From a virus: 64,000 nucleotides of DNA. The stretch's first letter is position 1. The number at the start of each line of letters is the position of its first letter. Location: IMG/VR virus record IMGVR_UViG_3300038415_000014, positions 96,001 to 160,000 of that record; one strand, 5' to 3'. The notes under the pieces are model-generated. The model saw only the letters and a program-made list of their open reading frames with translations, searched no databases and was not told the DNA's origin. Below are positions 45,868-55,735 of this stretch, in pieces. A program made the position numbers and the translations under genes.

Positions 45868-46406
45868 GGCTCTGTTGAAGGTGGGAGCAACTTCGAGGTA
45901 TCAATCTTTGGGGCAACTGGTTCCAGATCAATTCTCCGAACCCAAAACCAAATCAATTTCCACCACGGGAGTTTGAACTCCGGAACTACCCCGAGAACCC
46001 ATAGAAGGGAGAACAACTCGGGGTGGTTCTCATTCACCCAAGCAGAGCTCTTCAGGTCCTGTGAGAGCTCGGGGAGAATGTCCGCCTTGGTCTTCATCGG
46101 TTTGAAGTCAGCACACTTCCTGGCGTCAATAGGCTCTTCGCAGATGGTACCTTCCCAGTTCTCTGGATCGTTGCACCCGAGCATGCAGAAGCCAATCGTC
46201 TGAATAACTGGTAATCCAAGCTTGTTCGTGATTCGGTTGTACTCTGGGTTTGACTCGCCTTCGAGCTGCTTTCGGGTATCCAATGGGTGGCGGTAGTTGT
46301 TGACACATCGAGTAGGGAGCCGCTCAGAAGCCATGGCCACCCTACGGTCAAGCTCCGCACAGACCAACTCATTGACCCGCGCCTGTATCTCAGACTTGGT
46401 TTTCAT
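45864..46406 (-). CDS. Hypothetical Cys-containing protein with Trp/basic amphipathic tail
   Basis: Several Cys; LPWWKLIWFWVRR. Confidence 0.5.
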   Translation of the reverse strand: MKTKSEIQARVNELVCAELDRRVAMASERLPTRCVNNYRHPLDTRKQLEGESNPEYNRITNKLGLPVIQTIGFCMLGCNDPENWEGTICEEPIDARKCADFKPMKTKADILPELSQDLKSSAWVNENHPELFSLLWVLGVVPEFKLPWWKLIWFWVRRIDLEPVAPKIDTSKLLPPSTEP

Positions 46407-47097
46407 GTTTGGAACCTCTAGCGCGCCGTAAAGTCAAGTGCTTACGACCCCCATCAATCTTTGTATCAGCTTGATAGGCCGTTGGCGCGTAATCGACGTA
46501 GGACAGGTGCTGAGTAACCAAGAATATGTCCAGACCCATAGTCTCGGCCAGACCTTTGAGGAACAAGCTGGTGTTTTCCACATATACATCTGACACCGCA
46601 GAAAGAGTCTCGTCGAGCAGAAGGAACTTTCGGCGCTTGAGCCGCAGAAGGGTCAGAATCCTCAGTACTAAACTTGCAATAGTCGCCGGACCTCCCCCAT
46701 AAGACTCCATGGGGCTCCCACGCGTCCCACCATTCTCGGGGTCGCCATCACACACGAGGAACTCTGCGCTGACTCGATTGTACTTCGAGGACAACTCAGT
46801 CTCAAACCTGAGGTCCTGATCAAAAAAGATGGTCTGGAACCCATGCGTGATCACCTCATCAATGGCTTTGACCTGGCTCTTCACCATCCGGTCCAGTAGC
46901 ATCAAGTAGAGCTCAGAGACCTTGGCCAAGATAGCGAGACGAGAAGAGAGGGACTCTAATTCCCTCTCCTTCTCACTCAGTTCTGAGGTCAACTGATCCC
47001 GAAGCGCCGTAACCTTAGTGGATCTAAGTCGAAGCGCATCGAGTCTCTGTTTTCCTACTTCTTTTTCTGAGAGGGTGTGAATCTCGTCACTCGACAC
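46390..47097 (-). CDS. sbcC: SbcC/Rad50 C-terminal half
   Basis: Short coil, signature-like ESYGGG, Walker B LLLDE, H-loop LVTQH. Confidence 0.8.
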   Translation of the reverse strand: MSSDEIHTLSEKEVGKQRLDALRLRSTKVTALRDQLTSELSEKERELESLSSRLAILAKVSELYLMLLDRMVKSQVKAIDEVITHGFQTIFFDQDLRFETELSSKYNRVSAEFLVCDGDPENGGTRGSPMESYGGGPATIASLVLRILTLLRLKRRKFLLLDETLSAVSDVYVENTSLFLKGLAETMGLDIFLVTQHLSYVDYAPTAYQADTKIDGGRKHLTLRRARGSKHENQV

Positions 47098-48311
47098 TGG
47101 ATGCCGTCCTCTGCAGAGGGGTCTGGCTTACCAGACTTTTTGTTCAACTTTACATCATCAATGGTCCTGAATAAGCAGGTGGCTAGGGTACCATCATCCT
47201 TGGGCTTGCCCAAGTAACCTCGGAAGGTGACATCGTAGCCTCTCATGGTCTGGAATAGCTCAGTGAACTGCTTGGCGCTCACTGGGACCGAGAAGCTATC
47301 TGCCTTGGATTGTTTGGTCCCTTCCTCTTCTTCTACCACCGGAGTAGCCTCGACCTTGATGGACTTAGCTTTAGCCGCCGGGACATCAAACCAGATCTTA
47401 GCGATCTTGGCATCATAGTTGAATATGAGGGTGTCATCTTCTTTTTTCAGAGCTCCCTTTGCACAGTCCAGAGCATTCAGTAGGCGACTTCTACTGACCC
47501 GGACCACCAAGGAGTCCATCTTGAGAGAGTGGTAGTTGAACTTGTCATGCAGTTCCCCTAACTTGCTCCAACCAAAGACGTCGCCCCTCTCACTCAAGGC
47601 GAAAGTCTTATCACTGCCAATCCTGAGAGTAACTGTAGCGTCACACTTTGATAGGAAACTCAAGAAAGCTGAGATGAACCTATCGCTGATGGCCAACCTT
47701 TTACCAGAGAAGTGCTCGCTCTTGAAGAAGCAAGCCATATACTTGTCACTGGCGAATAGGTAGCCGTCACCTTTCTCGAATCGGCCCTTATCCATCACCT
47801 CGATCCCGCGGTACGCTTCTGAGTCGCTCTCAGCCTTGTCAGCCATAAATGGTCGAGCCAGGCTGATTGCCTCTCGAAGAACCCCAGCACTGAACTCGTA
47901 GGTTTCAGTAGCCGCCTCAAGGTCTTCATCATATCGGGAGACACTGTCCGGAGATATGGTTCCGAACTCCGCCTTGGCTCCATCAGGACTAGTAACATAC
48001 CTCACCACATGGCTTCCCTCTTCAGAGGTTGCCTCGATGATGCAAGTATCCTCCTCTTTCGCCAGAGGGCGCAATGAATTACTCAGGTTCTGGGCAGGGA
48101 ACACGAAGGCCCCATCTCCACTTGACTCAATCAAATCAAACTTAGCCCGTGCTATGCAGTCAAGGCCACTGGAGTAGAGGTGACACTCCTTGCCCTTCAC
48201 AGAGAAAAGATACCCTGCTGTACCATTTTCAGTCGCGTTGGGGTTCACAGCGGAGACCACATCAAGGGCCTCAATGATATCAGACAGGTTGAAATTTATG
48301 GTGATCTTCAT
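47055..48311 (-). CDS. dnaN: DNA polymerase III beta sliding clamp-like protein
   Basis: 418 aa with a repeating clamp-like pattern (L.EA...V, LREAISLA...F, FASD, VSRSRLLNALD); dnaX and holA in the same module. Confidence 0.65.
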   Translation of the reverse strand: MKITINFNLSDIIEALDVVSAVNPNATENGTAGYLFSVKGKECHLYSSGLDCIARAKFDLIESSGDGAFVFPAQNLSNSLRPLAKEEDTCIIEATSEEGSHVVRYVTSPDGAKAEFGTISPDSVSRYDEDLEAATETYEFSAGVLREAISLARPFMADKAESDSEAYRGIEVMDKGRFEKGDGYLFASDKYMACFFKSEHFSGKRLAISDRFISAFLSFLSKCDATVTLRIGSDKTFALSERGDVFGWSKLGELHDKFNYHSLKMDSLVVRVSRSRLLNALDCAKGALKKEDDTLIFNYDAKIAKIWFDVPAAKAKSIKVEATPVVEEEEGTKQSKADSFSVPVSAKQFTELFQTMRGYDVTFRGYLGKPKDDGTLATCLFRTIDDVKLNKKSGKPDPSAEDGIQCRVTRFTPSQKKK

Positions 48312-48319
48312 CTAATTCC

Positions 48320-48604
48320 TCATTTCCGGTCATACTCTGCGAAGGTACTCTCTACCTCTGTTAGCTGCTTTTCGTAAGTTTCAATCAAGTCCTCAAGTTC
48401 CCTTTGAGTTTTGTTCCTCTCTTCGACAAGGGTCTTGGGGTTGTACCCAGAATCGCTGATCTCCCTCACTAGGGCAGCTAGCTCCTCCTTCTTGGACTTC
48501 AACTCCCCAGACAACTCGGACTTCCGACGAAGTATCCGAGAGTGGCGCTGAACTATACTGGCCACCTTCTCCTGTAATTTATCTGGTGTTAAAAGCTGAG
48601 ACAT
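48320..48604 (-). CDS. Small coiled-coil protein
   Basis: 94 aa with heptads on both sides of SGYNP. Confidence 0.55.
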   Translation of the reverse strand: MSQLLTPDKLQEKVASIVQRHSRILRRKSELSGELKSKKEELAALVREISDSGYNPKTLVEERNKTQRELEDLIETYEKQLTEVESTFAEYDRK

Positions 48605-48626
48605 CTAACCACCTCTCCATGAAGCT

Positions 48627-49592
48627 TCAATCGTCAATACCGAGGGCAAGTTCTGTTACACCTTCCGGTAGGTTTAGCCGGGGACGAGGGCGAGATTTCT
48701 GTACTTGTTTCTTACCATCTTCGCACACCGACGCGAATGCACACAAGTTACACCCATAACTGGGCTGAGATGGGAAAAGCTCTTGCCTCAGGTCATTATA
48801 GGCTTGAGAGCCCCTTCCAGCCTTGTCTAGACGGTCAGTTGCGACGTCTATACGAGTGAGTACTGATAGAACCTCGACTCTCAGATTGTAGAAATCAGTT
48901 TCAGAGAACTCCACCCACTCAATCGCTCTCTCACCTTCGAACCTCCAGAAAATGAAGCCGAGACCATCTGGCATCTTCCCCGTGTGAGTCTTGTACAGCA
49001 GCCCATACCACTTCAACTGGGTACCTTCGATTTTATGCCCCTTGGCAAGCCTATGGCCATCAACATAGGTCTCCCGATGCGCGGATCCCTTGCCATCAAG
49101 GATGACGGTATCATTGAGTGGTTTTACTCGTTGGATGATGAAATCCGAGCGGCCACCCATGATGTACTTACCGAACTTGAAGTCGAGCTTGAACTCGGTA
49201 TCCATGCGAGGACCGACTAAGCGATTTTCTCGAATGGTCTGTACTCCAATAGGAATCGTCTTCTCTAAGTCGACAAGAATCTCCGCCCTATTATGGTAGT
49301 TGGCCTTCTCATCAGACCAATCAACGGCTCGTCCTTTCTCCTTGGACTCCTTGATGGCAGCAGCCAAGTGCAACGGAGCAAGAGATAGTAGGCGACCCGT
49401 GATATCTTGGTCACGCCAGATCTTCTGCTTGTAGAAGGTCTCGAAGATGGTACCAATGGTGGTACCATAGAGGGAGTTGACACTGTTCTCAAGTAACTTG
49501 AGCTTGGTTTTAACAACATACTTATGCCAGTAGGCATAGGGACACTTCTCGTATTCCTTGTACCCAGAGTACGAGATGTAATTTACGCTCAT
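48627..49592 (-). CDS. PD-(D/E)XK nuclease, Cas4/AddB-like with putative Fe-S cysteines
   Basis: ISYS...CP, GRSDF, ILDGKG, QLKWY, CNLCAFASVC. Confidence 0.8.
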   Translation of the reverse strand: MSVNYISYSGYKEYEKCPYAYWHKYVVKTKLKLLENSVNSLYGTTIGTIFETFYKQKIWRDQDITGRLLSLAPLHLAAAIKESKEKGRAVDWSDEKANYHNRAEILVDLEKTIPIGVQTIRENRLVGPRMDTEFKLDFKFGKYIMGGRSDFIIQRVKPLNDTVILDGKGSAHRETYVDGHRLAKGHKIEGTQLKWYGLLYKTHTGKMPDGLGFIFWRFEGERAIEWVEFSETDFYNLRVEVLSVLTRIDVATDRLDKAGRGSQAYNDLRQELFPSQPSYGCNLCAFASVCEDGKKQVQKSRPRPRLNLPEGVTELALGIDD

Positions 49593-50563
49593 CCTACTTC
49601 AGCCATTTCTAGGTACCTGAGAGCTTCGCTACGAACATCATCGGCAAAGTCTAGATTCCTGATGTTTGCCTCGATGGTCTGATCCGGGTCCACTTCACCT
49701 TCAGACACCAAGCGTTGGATGAACTGGTTGATGTCTTGGCGCTCGCGTTCTTGTACCTCTTTCTTCTCAAGATCGAAGACATCCTCAGCTGGGGCAACCT
49801 CCAACTTGAAGGTTTCCACCCGTACCTCACTACCATCAAACTCGACCAAAGCAACCTTGGGTACGCGTTCGAGATTCTCCCTAACTAAGGACCCACGAGA
49901 TAGAGCCCCTTGATTAATGAAGTGTTTACCACCTACGACTTCAACACCTTGGTCTTTATGCCAATGACCAAACATGAAAACGTCAGGTCCATTGCGGCTG
50001 ACAAGTGATTCATAGGAGAATACTGGCTCGTTCCAGAAGTCCTCCACAGAGGGAGGAGGCTTCAACGCGGCGAGGGCATGAATAACCGCTATCAGGTGGG
50101 TGTCCCCTTTTTTCTTCTGAATACCCATGAGTTCGTTGAGTGTCAGATTTGGGTTGTAGGGGACGCCAACAACACGTACCCGAAGGTCACCATCCTCAAA
50201 GACCCGCTCACCTAGCTGCTCGAACACCTTGCTAGTGTAGAGCGTCCCAAGGGGTTGTCGCTCCAGGGTATCCATGTTATTGTACCGAACATCATGATTA
50301 CCGGTTGCAAACAAGATAGGGCATGGGTAACCCAAGTGGATTGAGGCAGTCTTTTGTACCAAGTAGTGTGAGTTCTTGGTGGGCGCCTTCACATGGAAGT
50401 AGTCGCCCCCGTCGAGCACAGCATTGACCTCATGCCTACGAGCCAGAGTCCCAACTTGCTCCAAGCTATTCCAGATCTCTTCAGTATAATCAGCTTTCCA
50501 AGAGACCGGGCTGTTGTCAGATTGGTGGATATCGGTCCGAAAAAGGAATGATAGTCTAGGCAT
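49589..50563 (-). CDS. sbcD: SbcD/Mre11 nuclease
   Basis: DIH, GGDYFH, GNHD, H, FGHWH phosphoesterase motifs. Confidence 0.88.
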   Translation of the reverse strand: MPRLSFLFRTDIHQSDNSPVSWKADYTEEIWNSLEQVGTLARRHEVNAVLDGGDYFHVKAPTKNSHYLVQKTASIHLGYPCPILFATGNHDVRYNNMDTLERQPLGTLYTSKVFEQLGERVFEDGDLRVRVVGVPYNPNLTLNELMGIQKKKGDTHLIAVIHALAALKPPPSVEDFWNEPVFSYESLVSRNGPDVFMFGHWHKDQGVEVVGGKHFINQGALSRGSLVRENLERVPKVALVEFDGSEVRVETFKLEVAPAEDVFDLEKKEVQERERQDINQFIQRLVSEGEVDPDQTIEANIRNLDFADDVRSEALRYLEMAEVG

Positions 50564-51908
50564 GAGAGTGATCCAACGTTAGGGGGCGTACACACGTTGG
50601 ACAGACCCCAAGGGTGCTAATCTCTCCTTCGAGATTGGTCTCCTCGCTATCGACCTGCGCCAACTCACTTTCGAGAGAACTGATCGAACCCTGTAAGGAT
50701 TTGGACTTACTGAGGAGTCGATCTAGGGTGACCAACTTACCTTGCAGCTGTTGCAGAACTTCTAGATCCGGGACTGGGGCTTTAGTTGCCTTGTCAACAG
50801 CCAGGTACTTCTCTTTGATCAGCATCAATCGAGTGATCCAAGAACTTAAGAGAGTGAGGGTGGCTGAAGAGTCCTTCAAACCCTTGATATCTGGTACCTT
50901 GTCCTCTAAGCCCTCAATCCACTCAAGCTTGGTAACCTCGACGAGGCGCCGAGCATGTTCGGTGGAGAACCTAGACAAGGTCCTGAGCTTGGAACTCAAG
51001 CTTGAAACAGGATCTATCTCAGGAACCTTGTCCTCTAAGCCCTCAATCCACTTCAACCCAGCCACACTAGCTTCTCGGCGGGAGTACTCCTCCGAGAACT
51101 TGGATAACTGATCTACCTTAGGGCCGAGCCGGTCAATCGCATCTATGGTAGGTACCTCGACAGCCTCTACACTCTTCAGATCTCGAACCAGTACCACCAG
51201 AGAGTGCAACTTGGAAATGTACCCTTTGATGGTACCTAGCTTGCCCTCCTTAGCCTCGATAGCCTCGAACTGATGCCCAACATCATCAACCCTCTGAAGG
51301 GCGGTATCGAGCCCGTCGTAGCTGCAAAGACGGATCCGAAGCTTGTCTACGTCAACCTCCCTGAGCTTCTTGGTGGCCTGAACATCACGACGGTCCTTCT
51401 CGACCAGCTTCGTCGCCTTGTTGATTCGCTCCAGCCTAGAGACATCGGAGATTGTTTCAGCTACAATCCCCCCAGACTGATCCAAGAGGAAGATTGGGTA
51501 AAACTGGTCAGCGATCTGGATGCTCTTGAGCGAGTCCCCTACCTTGACCGGGGCCAATCCGTTAGTGGTTAAAAACTCGGGGAGCCCCTTGCCAGGATGG
51601 TCATACTTTTCCCCATTGAGTAAGTAGAGGTTTACAGCATCCCCTTTCTGCCAAAGCAAATCAAACCCCTCAGTAACAATGTGTACTGAGGTGAAACACT
51701 TACAAGTTTTCAACCCACGAAGGGTGCGAGCACAATCGGGACCATGCCGGACAAAGCTCACCCCCTCAGCATTGGTGAGAGCGCACTTAAGCGCCCTCAC
51801 CAATGCACTCTTTCCGATGTTGCTTCGGCCAACAATAGCTGTGAACCCGTCGATAGAGAACTTGAGGTCCTCGGCGGATTGAAAGCCCTTGACCTCAATA
51901 TTGATCAT
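50556..51908 (-). CDS. sbcC: SbcC/Rad50 N-terminal half ending at the zinc hook
   Basis: IEVKGFQS, GRSNIGKS, IADQ Q-loop, terminal GVCPTCVRP. Confidence 0.82.
   Translation of the reverse strand: MINIEVKGFQSAEDLKFSIDGFTAIVGRSNIGKSALVRALKCALTNAEGVSFVRHGPDCARTLRGLKTCKCFTSVHIVTEGFDLLWQKGDAVNLYLLNGEKYDHPGKGLPEFLTTNGLAPVKVGDSLKSIQIADQFYPIFLLDQSGGIVAETISDVSRLERINKATKLVEKDRRDVQATKKLREVDVDKLRIRLCSYDGLDTALQRVDDVGHQFEAIEAKEGKLGTIKGYISKLHSLVVLVRDLKSVEAVEVPTIDAIDRLGPKVDQLSKFSEEYSRREASVAGLKWIEGLEDKVPEIDPVSSLSSKLRTLSRFSTEHARRLVEVTKLEWIEGLEDKVPDIKGLKDSSATLTLLSSWITRLMLIKEKYLAVDKATKAPVPDLEVLQQLQGKLVTLDRLLSKSKSLQGSISSLESELAQVDSEETNLEGEISTLGVCPTCVRPLTLDHSHA
50896..51052. repeat. 28-nt direct repeat at 129-nt spacing (43-aa duplication) inside sbcC-N
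   Basis: accttgtcctctaagccctcaatccact at 50896 and 51025; protein WIEGLEDKVP twice. Confidence 0.85.
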
Positions 51909-53131
51909 GACCCCTCTGAGACTACTTCTTCCGGAACCGGATCAGCTGACTCGTCAAATAGGGTGTCATCATCGAGTTCTTGTCTCATATCAGAGACGAT
52001 ATCGTCGTCATTGACCTCGGCCACTGCAGTCGGGGACTCGGATAAGAGAGCTTGCATGACAGTGTCGCGCAACTTTTCGAATGCCTTTGGGTTGTTAACA
52101 AGGAAGCTGCGGAGCTTGTCCCTACCCTTGAATGACTCGCCTTCGAAATCATATGCAGAACCTCTCTTAGTCACAAGCTTTCGTGGGACAGCAGCTTCGA
52201 CCAGGGATAGGTACTCGTCAACACCAGAGCCGTATCGAATGAAGATCTCACAAGTATGACCTTGTTTTCCATCCATTCGGTTCTTTACTGCTTTGACTTG
52301 TACTACGTTCCCGAACGGGATCTTCTTCTTTTGAAGGGTGATAGGGTCTACCTTCTCAATGAACTCAGACTTTATCCTTGTCAACTTGAGACGTAGGCTT
52401 GCATAGAACTTCACGGCCTTACCGCCAGCCGTGTTATCATCACCAGGACCATAGCTCGACTTCGAGATGTTGGCGCGTACCTGATTGATGAAGATGACGA
52501 CCGCGGGTTGTTCTTTGAGCCACTGAGTCATCTTTGGTAGGACTGAACTCATAGCCCTCGCTAGGAACCCAATAGCAGCTGGGTCGTTGAGGTTCTTTTC
52601 CAACTCGGCTTTGGGTAGCATTGCAGCAACCGAGTCGATCACAACTAAGCCGATACCCTGCCTAATGGCGAGGTACATCATCTTCATGCCCTCTTCCAGA
52701 GTGGTGGGGGAGTATAAGCTCAGGTAAGACTCCTCGAAGTTCACACCAATGGACCTGGCATACCCGTGGTGAATGGCATTTTCATAGTCCAGGTACAACA
52801 CCCCTTGGCGGGCGCGCTGAGCCTGGACCGCAGCAGCCAGAGCCAGAGTGGTCTTCCCGCTAGACTCAGCTCCGTAGATCTCCACGAGCCTCCCTCTAGG
52901 ATACCCTGGACAGACTAGCCCACCACCATCGATCAATGGGGTACCACCGATCAGACTATCAACCGCGATAGCCCCAGAAGGTAGATGAGGCCATGACCCA
53001 GACCTATTTCCAACAGGGTCCTGATCCGTAGCCTTCTTGATGAAGGCTCTCGTCTGAGCCATCATCTCTTTGCGCTTGGCGTCAACTTCATCAACAGGGG
53101 GTTGAGCATGTTTCTTTGCAGCCATAATCAC
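51905..53131 (-). CDS. recA: RecA recombinase
   Basis: GRLVEIYGAESSGKTT, VVIDSVAA, IFINQVR, GGKAVKFYASLR. Confidence 0.95.
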   Translation of the reverse strand: MIMAAKKHAQPPVDEVDAKRKEMMAQTRAFIKKATDQDPVGNRSGSWPHLPSGAIAVDSLIGGTPLIDGGGLVCPGYPRGRLVEIYGAESSGKTTLALAAAVQAQRARQGVLYLDYENAIHHGYARSIGVNFEESYLSLYSPTTLEEGMKMMYLAIRQGIGLVVIDSVAAMLPKAELEKNLNDPAAIGFLARAMSSVLPKMTQWLKEQPAVVIFINQVRANISKSSYGPGDDNTAGGKAVKFYASLRLKLTRIKSEFIEKVDPITLQKKKIPFGNVVQVKAVKNRMDGKQGHTCEIFIRYGSGVDEYLSLVEAAVPRKLVTKRGSAYDFEGESFKGRDKLRSFLVNNPKAFEKLRDTVMQALLSESPTAVAEVNDDDIVSDMRQELDDDTLFDESADPVPEEVVSEGS

Positions 53132-53769
53132 TCCAATTTAGAAAACCTGAAAAAGCGGTCGTCTTCCCTGAACAATGTTCCATACTTGTTGGTCTCTCCC
53201 GAGCGAGCCCCTTTGGAAAACGTGTGCTCACCAAGGAACGTGTGTTTCTCGGAAGGGATCAGTACATCTTCATCTATCTCACCCTCTAGCAGCAGCCAAA
53301 ACCTGGCAGCAAATCTCGCAACGTTATAGGCATCCGCCTCGTCATTGTTCCAATGAGAGATGCCGGTATCCGCTTTGGCCATCGTAACCATGTCGGCTTT
53401 GAACATCTTACCCTTACGTATGGAGGGGTCCTCCTTGGTAAGGGACTTCACTGTCAGGGGATCGAAGTACACCACATCCTTCCGGTGAGTATAAATCGCC
53501 TCATTTATATAGGTAAACAGTGCATAGAGCCCCTCAGACCAACCCTCACCAAAGGGAGGAGACTCTACTCCTACTATTCTCACCTCAGGAAAATCATCGA
53601 GTAAGTTGTTAACACACGAACGCAAACCCATGTACCGGGCCACGAACACCATATCGGGAGGGCTGGAAAACCTACCCTTTTCTATCACACGCGCCTTGCC
53701 TCTTGCCCATGGATCATGTACACACCAACCCATGTCAGACAATGACGGATCTAACCCAAGAGAGTACAT
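53128..53769 (-). CDS. RuvC-like Holliday junction resolvase
   Basis: LGLDPS, VGVE, K.DM, DEADAY. Confidence 0.72.
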   Translation of the reverse strand: MYSLGLDPSLSDMGWCVHDPWARGKARVIEKGRFSSPPDMVFVARYMGLRSCVNNLLDDFPEVRIVGVESPPFGEGWSEGLYALFTYINEAIYTHRKDVVYFDPLTVKSLTKEDPSIRKGKMFKADMVTMAKADTGISHWNNDEADAYNVARFAARFWLLLEGEIDEDVLIPSEKHTFLGEHTFSKGARSGETNKYGTLFREDDRFFRFSKLE

Positions 53770-53782
53770 TGGGGGCTCCCCA

Positions 53783-53817
53783 AAAAAGTTAAGTAGGGGC
53801 GCATAAGCGCCCCTACT
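53783..53817 (-). terminator. Rho-independent terminator
   Basis: AGTAGGGGCGC / GCGCCCCTACT 11-bp stem with 4-nt loop, then a T6 run on the minus strand. Confidence 0.75.
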
Positions 53818-53832
53818 CCAAACTATGACAGG

Positions 53833-54702
53833 TTAGACGTTACCTAGGACTCCAGTGAAGTCCTCTTCGGTGATATCTGCACCTGAGTTGCCACCACCGC
53901 CGCTACCAGGCATACCGAGCTTCTCACGAAGCTCATCCGTCGTGATTAGGCGGAATGGAGTCAACTTCGAATACAAGGTGTAGGCCTTCTCCAGAACCAT
54001 CTTCTTGAAGTTTTCGTTCTTCAGGTAAATGGCGGTACCTGCCTGGGTGACAGTGTTCTTCTGGAAGTTGGTATCGCTGCAGGTCAGGTTCAGGTCAACC
54101 TGAGAGATCGATGACCCGTCGGCAACGAGACCCTTGTTCATCCGCTTGAAGGTGTTGTACATCTCGGGAGTCGTACGCCAGGGGAGGACCCTCCAATGCT
54201 TGGACAGACGGTCTCGATCAACGTCACCCTCACGGTCAGTCGGGTACCACAGGACCACTGTGAGAGCATAGTCCTTGCGGTCACCAACCTTGGCCCACAC
54301 TTTCTCTTCAGCCGCAGTGAGCCCCTTGGGATAGGCAAAGTATCCGAGCCCCTCCTTGTATACTGCTGAGGCCGGCTTGAACCGAGCCTCTCTGAGGTCT
54401 AGGAGGTCGACAGGCTCTAGTTGATCCACAGACTTACCTAGCTTACCAGCTAGGCTGGAGCGGACCTTCTTGATGATTGCCCTCTGCTGATCCGTAGTCA
54501 GCTCGGGTTTCTCTTTGAGAGCGTTACGCAGCTGGATGGTCTCGTAGTTGTTGAAGTACACAAGAGCTATGCGATCAGTTCGACCCTTCTCGCCCTTATA
54601 CCAGTCCAACTTGTTGGACTGGATTCTGCCCTTGTCCTCATCCCCAAGACCGATATCTTCGTTAACGTCAGGAACCTCAATATCCAGATCTTCTTCACTC
54701 AT
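53833..54702 (-). CDS. Putative single-stranded DNA-binding protein (gp32-like)
   Basis: Recombination cluster; aromatic/basic core; Gly linker plus acidic tail. Confidence 0.45.
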   Translation of the reverse strand: MSEEDLDIEVPDVNEDIGLGDEDKGRIQSNKLDWYKGEKGRTDRIALVYFNNYETIQLRNALKEKPELTTDQQRAIIKKVRSSLAGKLGKSVDQLEPVDLLDLREARFKPASAVYKEGLGYFAYPKGLTAAEEKVWAKVGDRKDYALTVVLWYPTDREGDVDRDRLSKHWRVLPWRTTPEMYNTFKRMNKGLVADGSSISQVDLNLTCSDTNFQKNTVTQAGTAIYLKNENFKKMVLEKAYTLYSKLTPFRLITTDELREKLGMPGSGGGGNSGADITEEDFTGVLGNV

Positions 54703-54820
54703 GATTGTGTGTTTTCCTTTAGCGCAAATGACATGGCCCCAGATACAAATTTGGTGGGTAGAGCTGGGTAACCTGGTCGGTGCAGTTAGATCAGTACACC
54801 AATAGAAGTTGCACCCTGCC

Positions 54821-55735
54821 TCAGATGTTGTTCAGGATGTCACCGAAGTCGAAATCCATATCAGATGACGATACCTTTGAAGATGAGTCCTCTGTAGTCT
54901 TGGGTTTCTTCGATGCTGCCTTACCAGACGCTGGTTTATCCTCTAAGAAGCTAGCAAAGTCCTCTTCCCCTTCGACCTGAGAGTTGCCTATCGGCTCCGC
55001 CTCCTGAGGTACCACGCCCAAAACACTAGTAGTCTCGGGTGACTTTTCAGAAGTAGGCTCAGACTTTATGACTGCGACTTCAGAGGGTGACTCTTCATCC
55101 TGAATACCAGCCAAGGCCGCTATAAGATCAGGGTCTTCATCCTCCGGCGTAGTAACAGGGACAAGGGGGACAGAACCCTTCATCAAGTTTTCGAGTTCAT
55201 TCTCGTTGATGTCAGCGTGCTCTTGGGCGGGTGGAGCACTGCTACTGGTGGGTGATTCATCCCCATAACCAGAGCCAGAGATACGATCTGAGAACAATAA
55301 GCTCCTCTGAACTTTGATCTCGGTAGCGGTTCGGATCAACTCGTCGTGTACTAGCTTGACAGCCTTGTCCACAGTCTCAACATCGAGCAGGTCCCTCTTC
55401 TTATTAGCTATACTCTGGACCTGCGCACGAAGCATTGTGTTGACAACAGCCTCACGGTCACGAATGTTGGGCTGACGCTGTACCGTGTCATTCTCAGCCA
55501 GCAGATGGTCCTTCTCAATCGAGAGAGCGGTCTCTTCGCCAGCGATCTTAACCATCAGGTCTCGTCGTATCTTGCTCAGCAGCACTCGATGCTGCGATAC
55601 CTTATTCAAGTAGTTACGACACTTTGAGGTTACCTGTTGGATGTACCTGGCCCCCATCACCGTTGGATCAGGCTCCAACTCAACTCGAAGCGTACCAATC
55701 TCACGATATAGCTCGTCAACGTACTTTTGTTCCAC
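54821..55735 (-). CDS. Hypothetical helical protein with acidic disordered tail
   Basis: 304 aa between recD2 and the SSB-like gene; possibly a recombination mediator. Confidence 0.45.
   Translation of the reverse strand: MEQKYVDELYREIGTLRVELEPDPTVMGARYIQQVTSKCRNYLNKVSQHRVLLSKIRRDLMVKIAGEETALSIEKDHLLAENDTVQRQPNIRDREAVVNTMLRAQVQSIANKKRDLLDVETVDKAVKLVHDELIRTATEIKVQRSLLFSDRISGSGYGDESPTSSSAPPAQEHADINENELENLMKGSVPLVPVTTPEDEDPDLIAALAGIQDEESPSEVAVIKSEPTSEKSPETTSVLGVVPQEAEPIGNSQVEGEEDFASFLEDKPASGKAASKKPKTTEDSSSKVSSSDMDFDFGDILNNI

Noticed and set aside
48627-49592. CRISPR-associated Cas4
   Set aside because: No array or other cas genes seen; stand-alone Cas4-like nucleases are common in phage recombination clusters.
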